A DNA stretch of 62,805 nucleotides, counting the filler, from Klebsormidium nitens (lineage: Eukaryota > Plantae > Klebsormidiophyceae), in assembly GCA_000708835.1 (NCBI GenBank). It is 4 parts of 4 records of this genome, joined end to end, with 100 filler letters (N's around TTAATTAATTAA, not from the genome) between each part and the next. Parts side by side here need not be neighbours in the genome. Positions count along the whole stretch, not along the records: positions 1 to 14,173 come from DF238050.1; 3 more parts are not named here. The stretch is one strand, 5' to 3'. The translations under genes were made by a program, and so were the position numbers. Every line of letters starts with the position of its first letter. Positions within the stretch are counted from its first letter, which is position 1. Under the pieces are notes generated by a model. That model searched no databases and was not told the origin of the DNA. It saw nothing but the letters and a program-made list of their open reading frames with translations. This document shows positions 1 through 12,812 of this stretch, in pieces.

Positions 1-1302
1 AGGCCGTGACTCGGAACACTCCATATACATTGTGTGAACTTGATTGATTGAATATCACTTCCAACAACGCTGTGTTTCAACAATGTCTTCTAATGCTCCA
101 AAGTGGTGGAATGCTAAGAACAAATCGCGAATAGCAGCATTCGAGGAACAAAGTTGACCTCCTTGTTGGCTTCCGCAAGGACTTTCTCTCACACTTCAAC
201 TTCGAGCAACTACACTTAGGCTACACAGCTAGGGTACCGCGGTCAGGGTTCCGGTCGGTACTTCCGACCTAGACCACAAATTTTCAAATTCACCGTCGCG
301 TAGACTTGCTACTACCGCAGCAGTCCGGTAACACCGCCGTTGGTTCCGGAGGCTGCCGTTGGCCGAGATGTCAGAAAATTTGCAATTCATGAACTCAAAC
401 TCAATTCTAAGTTACGGCCGAGTACGGTCGTCAGTATTGGGTACCAGAGATTGTCACGGAGACTGACGTCGGCGATAGATAACCGCAACTCGATCGGTAA
501 TCGGTCGATACGGCCGATACCCACCGTAGGTTGCTTGTGAACCCTTCTTAAGAGGTGCAAGCCTGAAAGTCTTGCTTCCATAAGACATCGAACCCCGAAC
601 CTCACGGTTCCGCATTTTTGTTGGAGATAAGTACTTCAACTTATCCACCTAGGCCATCCCTGCGCAGGGTACTCACGGGGGCATGTGACCGGAGTGAATC
701 TCCGGTTCCGCATTTTTGTTGGAGATAAGTACTTCAACTTGACACGTTTCCACTTCCCTCTTACAGGTTTTGTCGCTTCTAACCGTGGAAACCGTGGTTT
801 CTCGCGCGAGGGGGGAGGACCTGGACGTGGCGGCCGTGGGCCCTCGTTTTTCCGTGGTGTCGGCCGTGCGCACCGGACGTGGCGGCCCTGGGCCCTCGTT
901 CTTCTCATGGAGGTGGCCGTGGAAGCCCCCTAGCCGTGGTGGTGGTCGTGGTTCCGCCCCTAACCGAGGTGGCGGCCGCGGACCTGCTAACTAGGCGTTG
1001 ACTTTGGGCAGAGCAGATACGTGACCCTCTCTTTCATGAGTTGGATAGTACAATCTGCATAGTGGTCCTTAGTTTCCACATCGTGACCCGAACATTGGAC
1101 TTGACGGTGATACTGTGCTTGATATCAAAACATGGATTACAATCAAGGCAGTACTTCGAGTCCGACCCTTACATTCGTTGCGCGAATCATTGCACGATTC
1201 CGGGCACTCTGACTCTGCACCGCAACTCGTGCGTGCATCATACTTGCCGACAGGCGCGCCCGCCTTTGTCGAGCCGTTTTATATAGCCGAACTAGACACC
1301 AT

Positions 1303-2524
1303 GTCGCTGCTGAATGTACGGCATGGTACGGGACTTTTTACAGGACTCTCGGATGGCCCGAGTATCTTAAACTTGCGCCAAAATATGCGACGCTCAAGAC
1401 GGAGCTCAAGCTCTAGTCGAATTCTAAGCTTATCAACGATAATGACAGGTTCAACCTGTTCATGAAGTTCTTCGCTTGCGGGGCGCGCGATCAGGCCGCC
1501 CACCTCGAGCGTGAGATGCACCAAGAATTGCGCAAGCGCAACGCCGCTCATGTCGACTTATATCTACGGAATAAAGCGACATATGAGAGGGCGAAGACCA
1601 AATATGACTTTTAATCGTCCGAAGCTAAGGCAGCCGCGACCGAAACCGTTCGGCCGGAGCCGCATGTGGACTCCGAAGTCTATGACCAGCCGGACGAGAA
1701 GTTCATGGCTATGATGGAAAAGCTTTATTCAGAGAATTTGGCAATTCGGATGGATAATTTCGTTCATTATATCGCAACGCTCCGAGTAGACTATCGCAAG
1801 CCTGGTACAGCGCATGCAGTCATTGGAGCGTGCTCTCGACCGCCCTGAGAAGATGGCCGTATTCAAGCTTATAGCGACTATGCCCCGCCACTTGGGCGAG
1901 GAAGTTACGCGCCAGTTGAACGCCACACTGCAATGGAGCTTGAGGAATGGACCATAGAGCTCGTGGGCCGAGTTGCAATAATGATTGCCCGCGCTACGAC
2001 TCGGGCCAATCTGTGGACGACCAACATGCAGCCCAAGCCATGCAACCGCACAGCCAACGCCGGCTGCAAGGCCGAACGGCCGAAGGCAGGAGGGCTCTCA
2101 TGATCATGCACATCCCAAGCACGATCACCGGTCCATCATATGCCACAATTGCAGAGAGGCGGGTCGCAAACGACCCCAATGCACTAAGCCGCTTATAGTT
2201 TGGGGAGCTTTGGCTCGCACTGACGCCAGGGGAGGCTCTCAAGATCCGAAAGGGTTATAGTGCTGGCGCTGCCTACAGTACGGCCACATGGCCGCGCAAT
2301 GCACAGATAAGCAAGCTGAGGTCTCTCGATCTGGCGCCCTCAAGTTATGGTGCGATATTCACAAGCTGGATTCGCATAACACAGCCGATTGCAGACAGGC
2401 TTCGCGCGCTGAAAATGCCAAGCCCATTGCTGTTCGAGTTGCCCAGGCGCCCACTACGGACAGCCGAGGCATGCCTGAGCCTACTCGGGCAAAGCTCCTA
2501 GAGCTCTGGCGAGGCTCATCATAA
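1303..2524 (+). pseudogene. Retrotransposon gag remnant with CCHC-type motifs
   Basis: Fragmented ORFs 1666-1848, 1985-2260 and 2288-2524 carry the CxxCxxxG(H>R)xxxxC and WCxxHxxxxHxxxxC motifs. Confidence 0.7.
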
Positions 2525-3179
2525 CCCGAATGCCTCCAAGGCTGTGATCGTTCGTTCCCGTGCGAGGCGCCCATGTTGCACCAGTGCACTCACGACTTAC
2601 CAAGAGGGTCTGGGACAAGGATGAGAGGCTCAGAGGACCGTTGTCCAACATCCCGCTCGGCTTCATTCCAAAGGAGTTCTCGCGCGAGCCGCACAGACGG
2701 CCGCCTGGAATGACGACAGTACCTGAGGGTATGGTTCTTGTCCTTGAGGCTGAGCCGGATGTGCGCGCTGCGCTAGAGCCTGTTCCCACTGAGATATTGC
2801 CTGTTGAGATTGCTCCTGGTGCGATATACGACCAGGCTGTGCTGTCGTCCTTAAGCCGCCGCCGTTTGCGCCTAACACTGTAACTGATGACACATTGTTT
2901 TATTGAGCTGCCGGCAGATGCACCCGCGCGCCAGAGCATGGTATACGAATCAAGTGTGCCACAGCCCGCGCTGACACCTGAGCAGGTCACTGCGCCGACG
3001 CGCCGAGGCAAGCCTCGGGCAAAGCTTGCTGCATTTCAGGACTTGTACAATCTAAAGAACCTGAATATAGGTGCGCTGCTCAGCCACTTGCCATGAAGCT
3101 ATCACAGCGACCAAACGGCGAGCGGCCCGGGTTTCACCGCTCGCCGCGCATTGATAATCCAGGGCCGAAGCATGCGATG

Positions 3180-3603
3180 TTAATCAATGTACGCGCACTG
3201 AACAACTTACTGCTCGATAGCGGAGCCAAGGCCGTAATCACTGGTCGCTTGGGCGCTGCAGCTATGGGTATCACACCCGACATGATCGCTCCAATGGCCA
3301 TCATGATCCGCACCGCTACGGGTAACCTGACCAAGCGGTTGGGTCGAACTAGGAAGCCACTCAGCTTTTGTGCTGAACTTTGGAGCTGCCGACGAAGTCA
3401 CTGTCATGGCGCATGTGGTAATTTTAAACCAGCAGGCCGCAGACACACTGATTGGTATGAGTATCGTTGGACCAGTGGGTCTTGACTCCCGCTTCAGAAA
3501 GAAGCGCGTACCTAGAGAAAGACGGGCATGCGCCCCGCAAGTGTTCTTGCGTGCCAAGTTCCCGGTCGATTACGATTTTCCCTTCGCCAATCCAGGCGGC
3601 TAG
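3180..3603 (+). pseudogene. Retroviral-type aspartic protease remnant
   Basis: NNLLLDSGAKAVITG; catalytic DSG at 3216-3224; frameshifted downstream. Confidence 0.75.
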
Positions 3604-4439
3604 GTCCTTCGATGTGACGGTTGGCCAGCTTAAGCAAAGCGCTGGCAGGTTAATCTCAATACACTAACGGCAGCCATGTGTGGAAACCATGGTTGAAGGC
3701 ATTTTTGGACGAAGGCGCTTGCTCTGTAAAAACGATATCTTTCTTCTCAAGACAGTTCTGTTTGCTGGTTGAGAATTCGCACTTTGAATGGTCCCCGCAA
3801 TGTTCTGTGTCTTGTTCCAGTCACCACTTTGCCAAGTCTTGAATCGTGGAAAGGCTGCTTCGAGGAGTGGCCTCAGGCGTCTCGTAGCCGCATCCTGTCA
3901 ATATCCAGGACTGCTGTGCACTTGTCGGATTGCATACTACGACCACATAGTAGAGTGCCATGCACCCTGCCAACCAATTCTGGTCATGTCATAGACTAGC
4001 AACATCATGCTACCCGTGAACGTCACATCACTGACTAAGCATATATATCTCGCACTCTGCGAACTATTCGGTGGCGTAATTAATCAAGCTTGCATTAAGT
4101 ACGTCACATCAATACAGTGCTTATATGCTGCAACGTGGCATACGCGCGAACCCGAAGGTTACCCTACTGGTGACGATGTGCGGTTAAACTTAACCATAGC
4201 CCATCTGTCACATTCAAGCTCGCGTTGGCTTTCCGGGTCTGCGCCATGCGCAAGACATTGAGTTCGCTTGCAGCCGCATCGCAACCTTCCCGGCGAAGGC
4301 TCTGCAAGAGATCACTGAGATCTTTGACCGAAACATGCGCAAGCCAACCACTCGAGACAAGGCCCCTCCTAATTCGGAACCCCGCATACCAGCACCTACG
4401 GCCTCTGAGCCAAAATCAACCAAGCTGAAAGACAAGCTG

Positions 4440-5438
4440 GCCACACTTGGAACATGCTTGGTGGTTCTGGAGTTGTTCTCTGGCCTCATGGCCACAACCG
4501 AAGCGCTGCTGGGCCAATGAATAATTGTTCGCAAGGTTTATGCCTGCGAATTGGTCGCTAAAACCAGAAAGATCGCCATGAGGCGACTGGCCGTCCTGCA
4601 TACGCTTTATCCTCAGCTGCTTAGCACTGACGCCATCAAGGATGTCGAGCAGCTGTCTGAGGATGTACGCCACATCAACGCGGGGACACTTGGCCGGCCT
4701 TGGACGGCCCGACCTCGTAGTGCCGGGTTTTCTGCCAGGGAGTCCCACGCGCCGCAGATCATTCACCTGGACTGCGTGACGCACGGACCGTCCTCTTCGA
4801 GAAGGCCGTCCGACTTGTCCATCTCATCAACGAGATTTGGCCAAAAAAGCCCTGCGCCTATATGTTCGAAAACGTTGACGCAAGCGATCACCCGCAACAC
4901 TACGTTCAAGACGAATCCAACAATATTGAGAAGGGGGTCCTAGGGCACCCCTTCGCACTTCAATGACGCGGTCGCCGTTGTCCATCGTCTGCGCCGCTGG
5001 TGCCGTCCAATCTCTTGAATGAGATGGTCAAAAAGAAGTTCAAGCACCGCAATCCTGACCAGTACGTACAGCGCATTTTGGAGCTAGGCCGTAAGGCCCA
5101 GTACGCCGGGCACAATCATGCTCCTGGCCGGCACTCCGCAATCGTGCCTGGTGAGCCGCTCGGCGCGCGCTCTCGACTTTCGTAACTGCCCGAGGCTCTC
5201 ATGCCTACCAGTTTGGACAGCAGAGCATGATTCACAAAGCTGACGGCTTCTGGGATGAACCCCCCGGTCTAGAACGCGAGCGCGCTATGGGCTTCATGGA
5301 CGACCTGACCACTCACTCTGTCCCTCCATCTCTCAGGCCGACCGGCGACGGATCCTGGGAAGCACAATGGACATGCACAGCCTCCACTTTCTGATTGGCA
5401 GCATCCAATGCTTCCAGGCAGCCTTCTTCACCAATTGA
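4440..5438 (+). pseudogene. C5 DNA cytosine methyltransferase carried by the retroelement (degenerate)
   Basis: Motif I VVLELFSG (4461-4484); II KVYACE (~4534-4551); III EDVRHI; IV GRPDLVVPGF-/CQG with a 1-nt frameshift at the catalytic PC (~4705-4745); VI YMFENV (4859-4876); VIII HRLRRW (~4983-5000); IX DEPPGLERERAMGF (~5254-5295); X RRILGSTMDMHSL (~5345-5385); stop at ~5436-5438. Confidence 0.88.
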
Positions 5439-7501
5439 CGGTTTGCCCGGCGCAACGCACTCGAGTCAGAGCGTTGTGACCAGATAGACGACGGCACTGT
5501 TCCACTAAAACAGGTTGCCAAGTTCGTGCAAGCTGCGCATCCCTGCAGACCCTAGCACAGCCCTAGAAATTTCACCCGAGCTAGAGGGGGGGGAGAGGAG
5601 GAACGCCATCAGAAGGAACGGCTCCAAGGGAACCTCCGGAAGCGAGGCCTTCGAGTAAACTTTGGAAGAGCGCTTCTCGCGAGAAGACCGTGAATGAGAT
5701 GCCGTTCAAGTCAGCCCTGAAAGAGGGGCTTCAGAACGAAGATGGGAAGAAAGCTAGCCGCTTAAAGAGGGCGTCAGACTATGTATACGTCCTTTTGCTG
5801 CATTCCGAACAATCCGGAAGCTTGCAAAAAACCGACTCCAGCACATTGGCCAGCGTGTTTGCTTTTTCCGGATGACGTCAGTGCGACGTTGAACATTTTA
5901 GCCTCTGCACAGCGCTTCGGGTCCCGGTGAGACCTTTTTCGTTGCCAGATGTGCGCAATTTTTTGGGGCAGACTCCAGTCACCAGTTTCTTCTTTTCTTG
6001 CAAGAAGTTGAAACACGAGGGCACTTTGCAGCACCTTCCAAGGCATGGAGGCGCTTGCTCTCTTCCGGGTCGGGCTTGAGCAGAAGCTCCCCGCACATGC
6101 AATTATTCATGTCCTGGAAGTCTCAGAGGGCTCCAAATCTTGTATGCTGAACTCAAGGGTGGGTTTCTGTGGCAAACAGCGGATGGTAAGTTGGCAAAGT
6201 CCTGGAGCAAGGTAGCTCCTTCAATGGCGGCCGCTGAGGTCCATCAGACAGTTACTAGGCTTGAGTGGGTTGCTATGACCAAAGATCTTGTTCAGTGGTA
6301 TGTTGCCCTGTGAGGAGAAGCTAGACCCAAAAATCGCAGCGGTTGCGCTGTCCGCCGCCGAGATTGATGTGCCAAAAGCGAGAACTAATTTAGTTGCCTG
6401 GATGAATGCCACTCCTCTCACTACGGACGAGGAGATGCTGCAGCTTCGTGGCATTGCTAAAAACCAGCTTAATGATCCAGAGAACTGGCCAATTGGAGAT
6501 CCAAGTAAGCAAAAAGAGAATTGGTTCAAAGCTAAAAATCTAACCATAGAGGTAGCGGATGAATTGGACACAACCTTTGGAGAGGCCCTTTGGAAGGCAC
6601 TGCTTGGACACGCAGTTCTCCTGATGCGAAAGACAATGGTGGAGCGAAGCTCAATCGTGGTGAGCAAAATGAGAAACTCTGCCCGCATGATTTTGTTTTT
6701 AAGGGGATGATTGCGAATTTGATTCGAGTCCACAGTCTTGACAGTGTCCCCAATGCGTTGATCTCATGGAAAAAGCACCTTTTACGCTAACTCAGGCTTG
6801 TGCATTGTTTCTTACATGAGTGAATATGTCACACTGGCAATGCATTGCGTCCAAATTTTGAGAAGACTCCCACTTGAAGACTGCCCTTCTGCCAAAACAA
6901 ATCTGAGAACCTCTGCAATGCTCTGATCAGCAACATTGTCAGTTGTTATTCCTCACCAGCACCAAGTGGCTGTTGTGAGCCTTTGTGACTTTCTCTGATC
7001 ACATAACAGTGGCAGATTGTGTTCGGATACATGTGCTTGACATTGATAGGCATGCTTTGTCGAGTCAGTGGTATCACAAAACTACGGCATCTTCATTTTG
7101 ACTTGGTTCTTTCTGTACTGCTCACTTCACGCATTCCTCAAGACAGCGGCTGATTGAATTTTACTTTTGACACGTGTATCATTTCAAATCTTGATCAAAT
7201 CAGTAACCTGCCTGAAGCTCACGCTGTTCATCTTGTTGTGAATGAGAATTATGTGATGTAGTCTGAATTCTGAGAGCGGACCGTGAAACTCTTATAAGTC
7301 TGTGCTCCCCTGACGGCAATGAGATCTTTGAATCTCACCAGATAAATTGACACCCTGCAATATCCGATTTGCAGCACCTTGACCAGTTTGTAGCCCGCGC
7401 TGTCCTCTCAATCGGCCTCAGATCCGAGGCGTGTTGGCACATACCACTCTGTGACTTCCTGATTTCCGTTCAGTCGGGACGACTTCGCCCAGTAGGGGGG
7501 A

Positions 7502-8344
7502 GGGATCATAGATGGTGTGTATGATGCATATGAGTGACATGAGATGCCATGTATTTTTCTTTTAGCCGAGTGCGCCAAGACTTGGCTGGTATATTATTGA
7601 CATGTTCACCGCAACGACCTAGACCGCTGACACTTGCATGCCGTGATACTTCGTTGCTGTAAGGGCTCGGCCCTATGCTAGTTTATTTCCCGTACCTACT
7701 TCAAGCCTGCCGCTCTATGGTGATCCCCCTGAGCCTGAGCTTCAGAACATTGCATAACTATTGAGAGGCGTGCGCTTGATATCTGCTCGCGGCCGTTACG
7801 ATCATATTCAACCGTGTGACCACATATTTCGGTGGTTGCTAACGGCGTCCAGCCATGGGGATTATGGCGACATCGACTCCACGCAACTTGTAGACTTTCT
7901 AGGCTAGTTGTGGACTGAAAGTATCAGTGTAAGACTTTGCGCGACACCCTAGACCGAAGCGACTCGCCTTCGAGTTCAGTCTCGACTTAGATATCCCGAC
8001 GACTGCAAGTACAACCTAGGAATTTTCGATTCATTCGCCAATTTTGTGCGCGTTGTGTTTTGGAGACTTCAGCGCTCCTTTGTGATGGTCAGGCTAGACG
8101 CCCTGCATCCTCTCACCTGCATGACTTAGCTAGCACCTTCAAGCGCTTTGACGATTCCACCCTCCACGTTTGCCTACTGTTTGCCACCCCCTGTGCCGAG
8201 TGCCTCGTTGGTGGGATCATAGATGATGTGTATGATGCATATGAGTGACATGAGATTCCATGCTTTTTTAATTTAGCCGAGTGCGCCGAGACTTGTCTAA
8301 TATGTTATCGACTTGTTACCGCAACGACCCAAGACCGCGTGACA
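7502..8344. repeat. Two diverged ~130-bp direct repeats (7502-7632 and 8213-8344), each ending in TGACA like an LTR terminus
   Basis: Both copies read gggatcatagatg...gcatatgagtgacatgagat...ttagccgagtgcgcc...accgcaacgacc...gacc...tgaca. Confidence 0.7.
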
Positions 8345-8447
8345 GCTACCTTAGGTGAAAAGGGATGAAGCGGTCGTTGGGAGGGGAAGGAAAAGGTCTC
8401 TTGAGTGGAAGTTGGGAGTGGTAGAAGAATCCGTTACCGTAGAGAAA

Positions 8448-10580
8448 ATGGCAAGGTTGGATAAGCCTTTATCCAACCTTGCCATTTTGCCCATTTTGCC
8501 CACGGCACATACCCCGGTTTTAGGGAGGGATAATTGGTCAACACGGTAGGAAAAATTCGAAGCTCTTCTTGTTTACAAAGCCTCTATGTGGCAATAGAGA
8601 GTCCGGAATTCGCGGAAAGTCGGAGAGCGTCGGACCAAGCTAGGTCCTTGATGCTTATGCACTCGGAGGATACATATCTGAAGTTGTTTGCCGGAGCGGA
8701 CACGGCGGTGAAGGCATGGAAGAAACTCCATGAGAACTTTTAGAAGACGAGCAACGCAAGGGTGGTTCAACGAAGAAAGAAGTTGACAAGATTGACGTTG
8801 ATGCCAGGAAAGAGCATGGCGGAGTACGTGGGTGAGTTCCGGGAGATCAAGATGGATTTGGAGACAGCGGGTCAAACCGTTTCCGAGGTAGAGTTGGCGG
8901 TCCATGCTTTGAATGGGTTGCCAAATGAGTATGTAGTGGAATATCTAGAGTTAAGTGACACGGAGTCCACGTTGGATACGCTTCAAAGTAATGCTCATGC
9001 AAAAGGAGCAAAAGTTGAAGAGCTTGAAAGGCGAATTAGAAGCTCCGGAGGAGAAGGAGGAGGAGAATGCGGGCAAGGCGTGGGTTGCTAAGCGGGAACG
9101 GTGGCCAAGGGGTCAAACGAGCGGGGCGTCACCGGAGGGGGAAGGAGGGACGCCCCGGACACAAGAACTTGCTACGCTTGCGGCGAGAAGGGTCACTTCT
9201 GGGCCTATTGCCGAAAGCGGAACGCGGAGTGCTTCAATTGTGGTGAGACGTGGCACATTAGCTTGGTGTGTAGGAAGCCCCCTAGGTAGTGCAAGGAGCG
9301 GCGATGAGGACCGGCCGGATCAAAAGGAGTTTGCCGGTGTGGCGTTTACGGCGTGGCGCAAAGAGGCGCGGGCGCCGGCAGGTGTGGCGCTCGTTGACTC
9401 GAGGAGCACTCGAACACATCACGGCGGAGAAGAGCAATGTGCAAGCTACGAGAGGCTTGCGCATATAGACAGAATAGGGGGCTTGGAGGGGAAACCTTGA
9501 CGGCGGTGGGGATTTTTGAAGTCGTCTTGGAGTGTGAAATGCCAGACGGTGCAAGCACGGTAACCTTGACAAAGCTTTGGCACGTTCCGGGAGCGAGGGC
9601 GAAACTTGTTTGCTATGCAAAGAGCAACGGACGCGGCAGCAAGGGTCTCCTTTGAGAGCCGGGTAGCCCGCCGTCGAGATGGGAGGTGTGGTGAGAATAG
9701 AGGGTACAACACAACGGGGTTGTGGGATATTGCAACGGTGAAGAAGGCGAGAGCATTCTTGGCGGTCAAGGGGCCGGCCGAGACGGAGGGTCGACTCGGA
9801 AAGGCGGCAAGGAAGCGCAAGTGGTAATGGTAAAGAAACGAAAGGAGTCGAAGTACATTGAGGTGGACCTTCACTCCGACGACGGAGACCCCGACGGAGA
9901 CGGAAGAGCACGGCGCAACGAAAGCCGTGGCAGCCGCCGCAGCGGAAGGCGTGGAAGCACCGGCCGACATAGCCTTGAAGGCGACGGAGCGGGTGGTGTC
10001 GCCGGACACGGGCGGCAAACGTTATTCGGATAGAGCGCGATCGGCATCTCGGAACGTTTTGAGAGCCGCCTACCGAAAAGGGGTGAATCATGCCAAGAAT
10101 CAAAGAGAGCGGGTAGAAGAGGCTAGATGTGAGCGGAATAATATTCGCGTGGGAGTGTTGTGAAACACGAAGCTGATTGACGGCCGAATTATTGAGTTAG
10201 ACTCGATAGATCTGAGCCGTAGATTCGTGAGTTTTGTCGTGTAACATCGACCGTACGCTTGTGCTTTGTGTCGTGTAATATCGACCGTAGAAATGGAGGT
10301 TTGTGTCGTTGAGTATCGACCGTCGGATTGCGTGTTGACTCGGACTGTTAGATGTGAGTCGACTCGAGTAGTATAGTACCTCGGTCACAAGTCCGAGTGG
10401 AATACATGCCGTATTGTGAGTAGTAGAAGAACCGGTTGATGGAAAGGAGTCCATATAGTTAAACCGACTGGTGGTAGTGGAAGTAGATCCGACCTTGGCT
10501 AGCGTACACCTAGGAACGGGATTATGACTTTGGGCTAATGGTCATGGATGATATTTATTCTAAAAGATGCTGCTTCAACA
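8448..10580 (+). mobile_element. Ty1/copia element, 5'-truncated internal deletion derivative (gag, Zn knuckles, protease; no integrase core or RT) with a 3' LTR
   Basis: gag ATG at 8448 (…PVLGRDNWST, AWKKLHENF, ARVVQRRKKLTRL, LNGLPNEY); CYACGEKGHFWAYC and CFNCGETWHISLVC; protease-like ALVDSRST; purine tract gcgtgggag (~10147-10155) followed by an LTR. Confidence 0.85.
10156..10580 (+). repeat. 3' LTR of the plus-strand Copia element
   Basis: Begins TGTTG right after the purine tract and ends CAACA (terminal inverted repeat); contains three ~38-bp internal repeats (…tgtcgtgtaa.atcgaccgt…). Confidence 0.7.
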
Positions 10581-12812
10581 GAGGAGGACACCTGACGGTT
10601 TAACCGTCCAACGCCGTATACGCACGCGGGCTCACTAGTTCAAACCTTGACTCGGGCCGAACCCTTATTACATTAGTTCGGTTGACTACAATCACGGAAT
10701 TCTAATACTTCCACTCAGACGAATTCTCTAGCCTCTAACTCGTCACGCTCCTTTTGCGGGTTGTCTTCTTCGCCTTTGGCGTCACCCACACGCCTCCATT
10801 GTCGCCATCGTCGCTCTTCTCCGGCGACGTCTTCTCCACTCCGTGCTCCGGCTCTTTGGCTCCCACGGCTTCAACTTGTTGTTCCCACATTTGCCCAATA
10901 CCACTCTGCAGGCTTCCGTTGCACTCTTGTGAGATATCTTTCCAACTCTTGCGACTCCACTACAGGCTTCTCCTTTGCCTGTTCCACAATGGCGGACTTG
11001 CTCTCCACTGCCGTCTCTAGGCTCTTCTTGCCCTTTCTGATCTCCTCGGACTCCCCACAACTTCGCGCACAACTTCCACAATCAGCCCGCATTGGCCCCT
11101 TTTTGAATCTGTGCGCGCGGCGCGGCCGCGGTCCGTCGCGAGCGCATGCGCGTCTCCCTTGCACGTCATCTCATTTTCCGCCCCCTTTTCGATAAGTTTC
11201 GAACTTGTGCGCGGCCCTTCGTCCGCCCCCACAAAAGTTCCCTCCTCTCGTTCGACGCCTCCATTTCTCGTCGTCCGACTCGTCTAGGTCGACATCCACG
11301 ACCTTCACCGTCTTTTCCACCACGCTTTCCGCTATTGCCGGCCTCTTTGCCGTGGCGCACACCCGATTCCCCTTGACCGGACCCCTCGCAAGGAATGCTC
11401 TCTGTTTCCCGACGGTCTCAATCTCCCACAGCCCTCCACGCTTGACTGCCTCCATCCGGACCACGCCGTCCGTTTCTATCTGCGCCGTTCTCCCCTCGAG
11501 CACCACTCGTGCTTCCGCGTTAGTCGCTCTAGTTAGCGAGAACAAACTCGCCTGTGCCCTTGGAGCGTGCCGGACCTCCCTCAAGCTTTCCGTACTCACA
11601 CCGCTCGGGGTCTTACACTTAAGCTCCACTTCTTCAATGCCCACTGCAATCAGAGACTCACCACATATCCCACGATCTTCTCGTCACGCACAAGCTTTCT
11701 GTAGCTCTTGAATGGGCTCCAATCGGCCGTGACATGCTGGGTGCTGCCCGAGTCGACAATCCACACCCCTTTGTGCACATCCCCGTCGTCGCCCCACGCC
11801 GTAATAGCTACTCCGTTTGCTTCCTTTGCAAATTCTCTCCCCTCTGCGCGGCCACTTGTGCGCGCGCTTTGTCTATACACGGCCTGTATGGCCCGTCTTG
11901 CCGCACTTGCGGCACCCCGCATTGCGCAACCTGCACTTTGCCTTCTTGTAGCCCATTTGGCCACAACAATAGCACGTTGGCGGGTTTGAGCTTCCGCCTC
12001 TCACCTCCGAGCTTCTTCCCAGCTCGTTTGAGCTTCCCCGGCCCTTCTCTGAGCTCGAGTAGCCCCTATGCTTGGCCTTGCATACGCCACCGTTCCATCT
12101 CCACCCGAAGTTCCCTCCAAAGACCCCGCTTCAGCCCTCAACTTTAGCTTCTGCTCTCTCTGCATTGGCTGGATCACATCTAGGGTTAGATCCTTTCCCC
12201 ACGCTCCAAAACTTCCACAAATGTGGCATACTCCACCGGCAAGCCTTCCAAGGCCTGCACGGCGAGCTCACCTCCGAGACAATTTGTCTCGCTGCCTCTA
12301 AATCTATCTTGAGCTCCCGGAATTCCCCTAGGTACTCTTCAATGGCTTTCCCCTTAGTCAACCTTAGACTCGTCAGCTTTCTCCTGAGCTGAATCATGCG
12401 CGCATTGCTCCTCTTCTCAAAGTCGTCCTCCAACTTCTTCCACGCTTTCTCCGCAGTGGGTTCACCCTCAATCAACTTCAGATAGGCATCTTCAGTGTGG
12501 ATCAGCATCAGCCCCAATGCTTGGCTTGACACTTTCTTTCCTCCACGGACTCCGGCTCCTCCAATGCACACAGCCATCCCTTGTATGCAAGAAGCCCACA
12601 GAACTTGGCCTTCCACGTTGACCAGTTCTCACCACACAATTGCGGAATAGACACTCTGTCTCCCGCCATTTTAACAACACTCTCCCTTGAACACAAAGAA
12701 GCCAAATCCTCCGCTCCTTTTCCTCAGAAATTCAATTGTGCGAGCATTCAAATTTTGGCCCTCTAGACAATCAAAATTGAATCTGTGCGCCCTCTTCACA
12801 ACCAAGCGTTTT

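Larger units (their letters stand above)
1300..5560 (+). mobile_element. Degenerate Ty3/gypsy-like LTR retrotransposon remnant: gag - aspartic protease - C5 DNA methyltransferase; no RT/RNase H/integrase found downstream
   Basis: Zn-knuckle-like CHNCREAGRKRPQC (2141-2182) and WCDIHKLDSHNTADC (2348-2392); protease LLLDSGA (~3207-3227); DNMT motifs at 4461-5438; many stops and frameshifts. Boundaries are approximate. The gypsy class rests on gag/protease style only, because RT is absent. Confidence 0.75.

Noticed and set aside
7069-7076. TGGTATCA resembling a tRNA-Met PBS
   Set aside because: No LTR end immediately upstream and no gag downstream; likely chance.
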